Source of the DNA: SAR324 cluster bacterium
GTDB taxonomy: Bacteria > SAR324 > NAC60-12
Reading direction: 5' to 3'
Length of the DNA stretch: 56,918 bases
NCBI GenBank assembly: GCA_016764995.1
Contig: JAESQU010000100.1
Location: 1-56,918 of the forward strand
In this document: piece by piece, positions 56,294 to 56,918 of the stretch
Position numbering within the stretch: the first letter of the stretch is position 1
Layout: each line of letters starts with the position of its first letter
Notes under the pieces: generated by a model
Databases searched by the model: none
What the model saw: the letters and a program-made list of their open reading frames with translations, nothing else
Told to the model about the DNA's origin: nothing
Made by a program: the position numbers and the translations under genes

Positions 56294-56918
56294 TTATGCT
56301 CGCAAAGTCGCCTGAAACTCATGCTGCAGGCGTTTGATTATTTTGTTGCGGACTTTTCCAATTTCGTCATCGGTAAGAGTCCTGTCTGTTGCTTGAAAAG
56401 TGAGCGAATAAGCCAAACTCCGTTTTCCTTCATCCACCTGTTCGCCTTCATAAACATCAAAGAGTGTAGCCTTTCGCAGCAGCGGTTTTCCTGTTTGAAG
56501 AATGAGCGGCGTGACTGACTCTACAGGCAAACTGGAATCCAGTACAAATGCCAGGTCTTCAAAAATTGGAGTGAAGTTGGAAATAAATTCCATTTGGTGA
56601 TCTTCAACTGCAAGTTTGATGATCAAGTCTAAATCCAGTTCCGCGACGCAAACGGCTTGTTCCGGAAGTTCAAAAGAATTCCGTACTTTTGGATGTAATT
56701 CTCCTGCAAATCCCAAAACTTTTCCATTAACTAAAATCTGTGCACAACGACCCGGATGGCAGGGTAATTCCCTCGATTTTTTCCACTCAACTCCTTCAAG
56801 ATGCAAAGCATTTAGAAATTGCTCCAAAACACCTTTCAGATCGAAAAAATCATAGTCACCTTCCGCTTGTTTCAGCCAGGATTGAGTATCTCTGTGGCCG
56901 CTCATTAGTAATGACAGA
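56294..56918 (-). CDS. pheT: Phenylalanine--tRNA ligase beta subunit, C-terminal part (5' end outside window)
   Basis: The frame stays open to the window edge (..LSLLMSGHRD). HPG..A.I..NG..LG..GELHP and the C-terminal FDX-ACB block FEDLAFVLD...LFDVYEG..V..GKRSLAYSLTFQ..DRTLTD.EI are present. Confidence 0.88.
   Translation of the reverse strand, partial: LSLLMSGHRDTQSWLKQAEGDYDFFDLKGVLEQFLNALHLEGVEWKKSRELPCHPGRCAQILVNGKVLGFAGELHPKVRNSFELPEQAVCVAELDLDLIIKLAVEDHQMEFISNFTPIFEDLAFVLDSSLPVESVTPLILQTGKPLLRKATLFDVYEGEQVDEGKRSLAYSLTFQATDRTLTDDEIGKVRNKIIKRLQHEFQATLRA

Overview
The window looks like a chromosomal, mostly housekeeping stretch from an AT-rich, flagellated, diderm bacterium (L-ring protein, lipoboxes, OMP-type C-terminal Phe). 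I cannot name the lineage from sequence alone. Gene density is high and about 55 CDS can be supported. They include a minus-strand flagellar rod/ring sub-cluster (flgF-flgG-flgA-flgH), a nitrogen module (glnA with sigma-54/NtrC-type signals, then glnE), recN, an orphan clpP-like gene, topA, ogt, moaC, cyaY, ghrA, ispB, trpC, mtnP, a higBA toxin-antitoxin pair, moaD, dgkA and the 3' part of pheT. I found no rRNA, tRNA, CRISPR array, transposase or integrase. These items deserve a second look: (1) a 1527-aa single-chain carboxylase carrying all four acetyl-CoA-carboxylase modules in a permuted order (CT-alpha, long linker, CT-beta, BC, BCCP), inside a tight five-gene block with two lipoproteins and ispB; (2) a ~1285-aa protein with a Pol-beta nucleotidyltransferase motif and class-I adenylate-cyclase-like local similarity, followed by a 413-aa unknown partner; (3) a core-only FtsZ paralogue (323 aa, no C-terminal linker or peptide) outside any division cluster; (4) an insulinase-type M16 peptidase split by one in-frame TAG exactly inside a conserved segment; (5) a frameshifted flgA; (6) two tandem paralogous micro-ORFs (57 and 52 aa, absent from the ORF track) behind a near-consensus promoter; (7) a 751-aa protein combining a metallo-beta-lactamase fold with two cNMP-binding domains. 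All family assignments come from motif recognition by eye. No database search was run.
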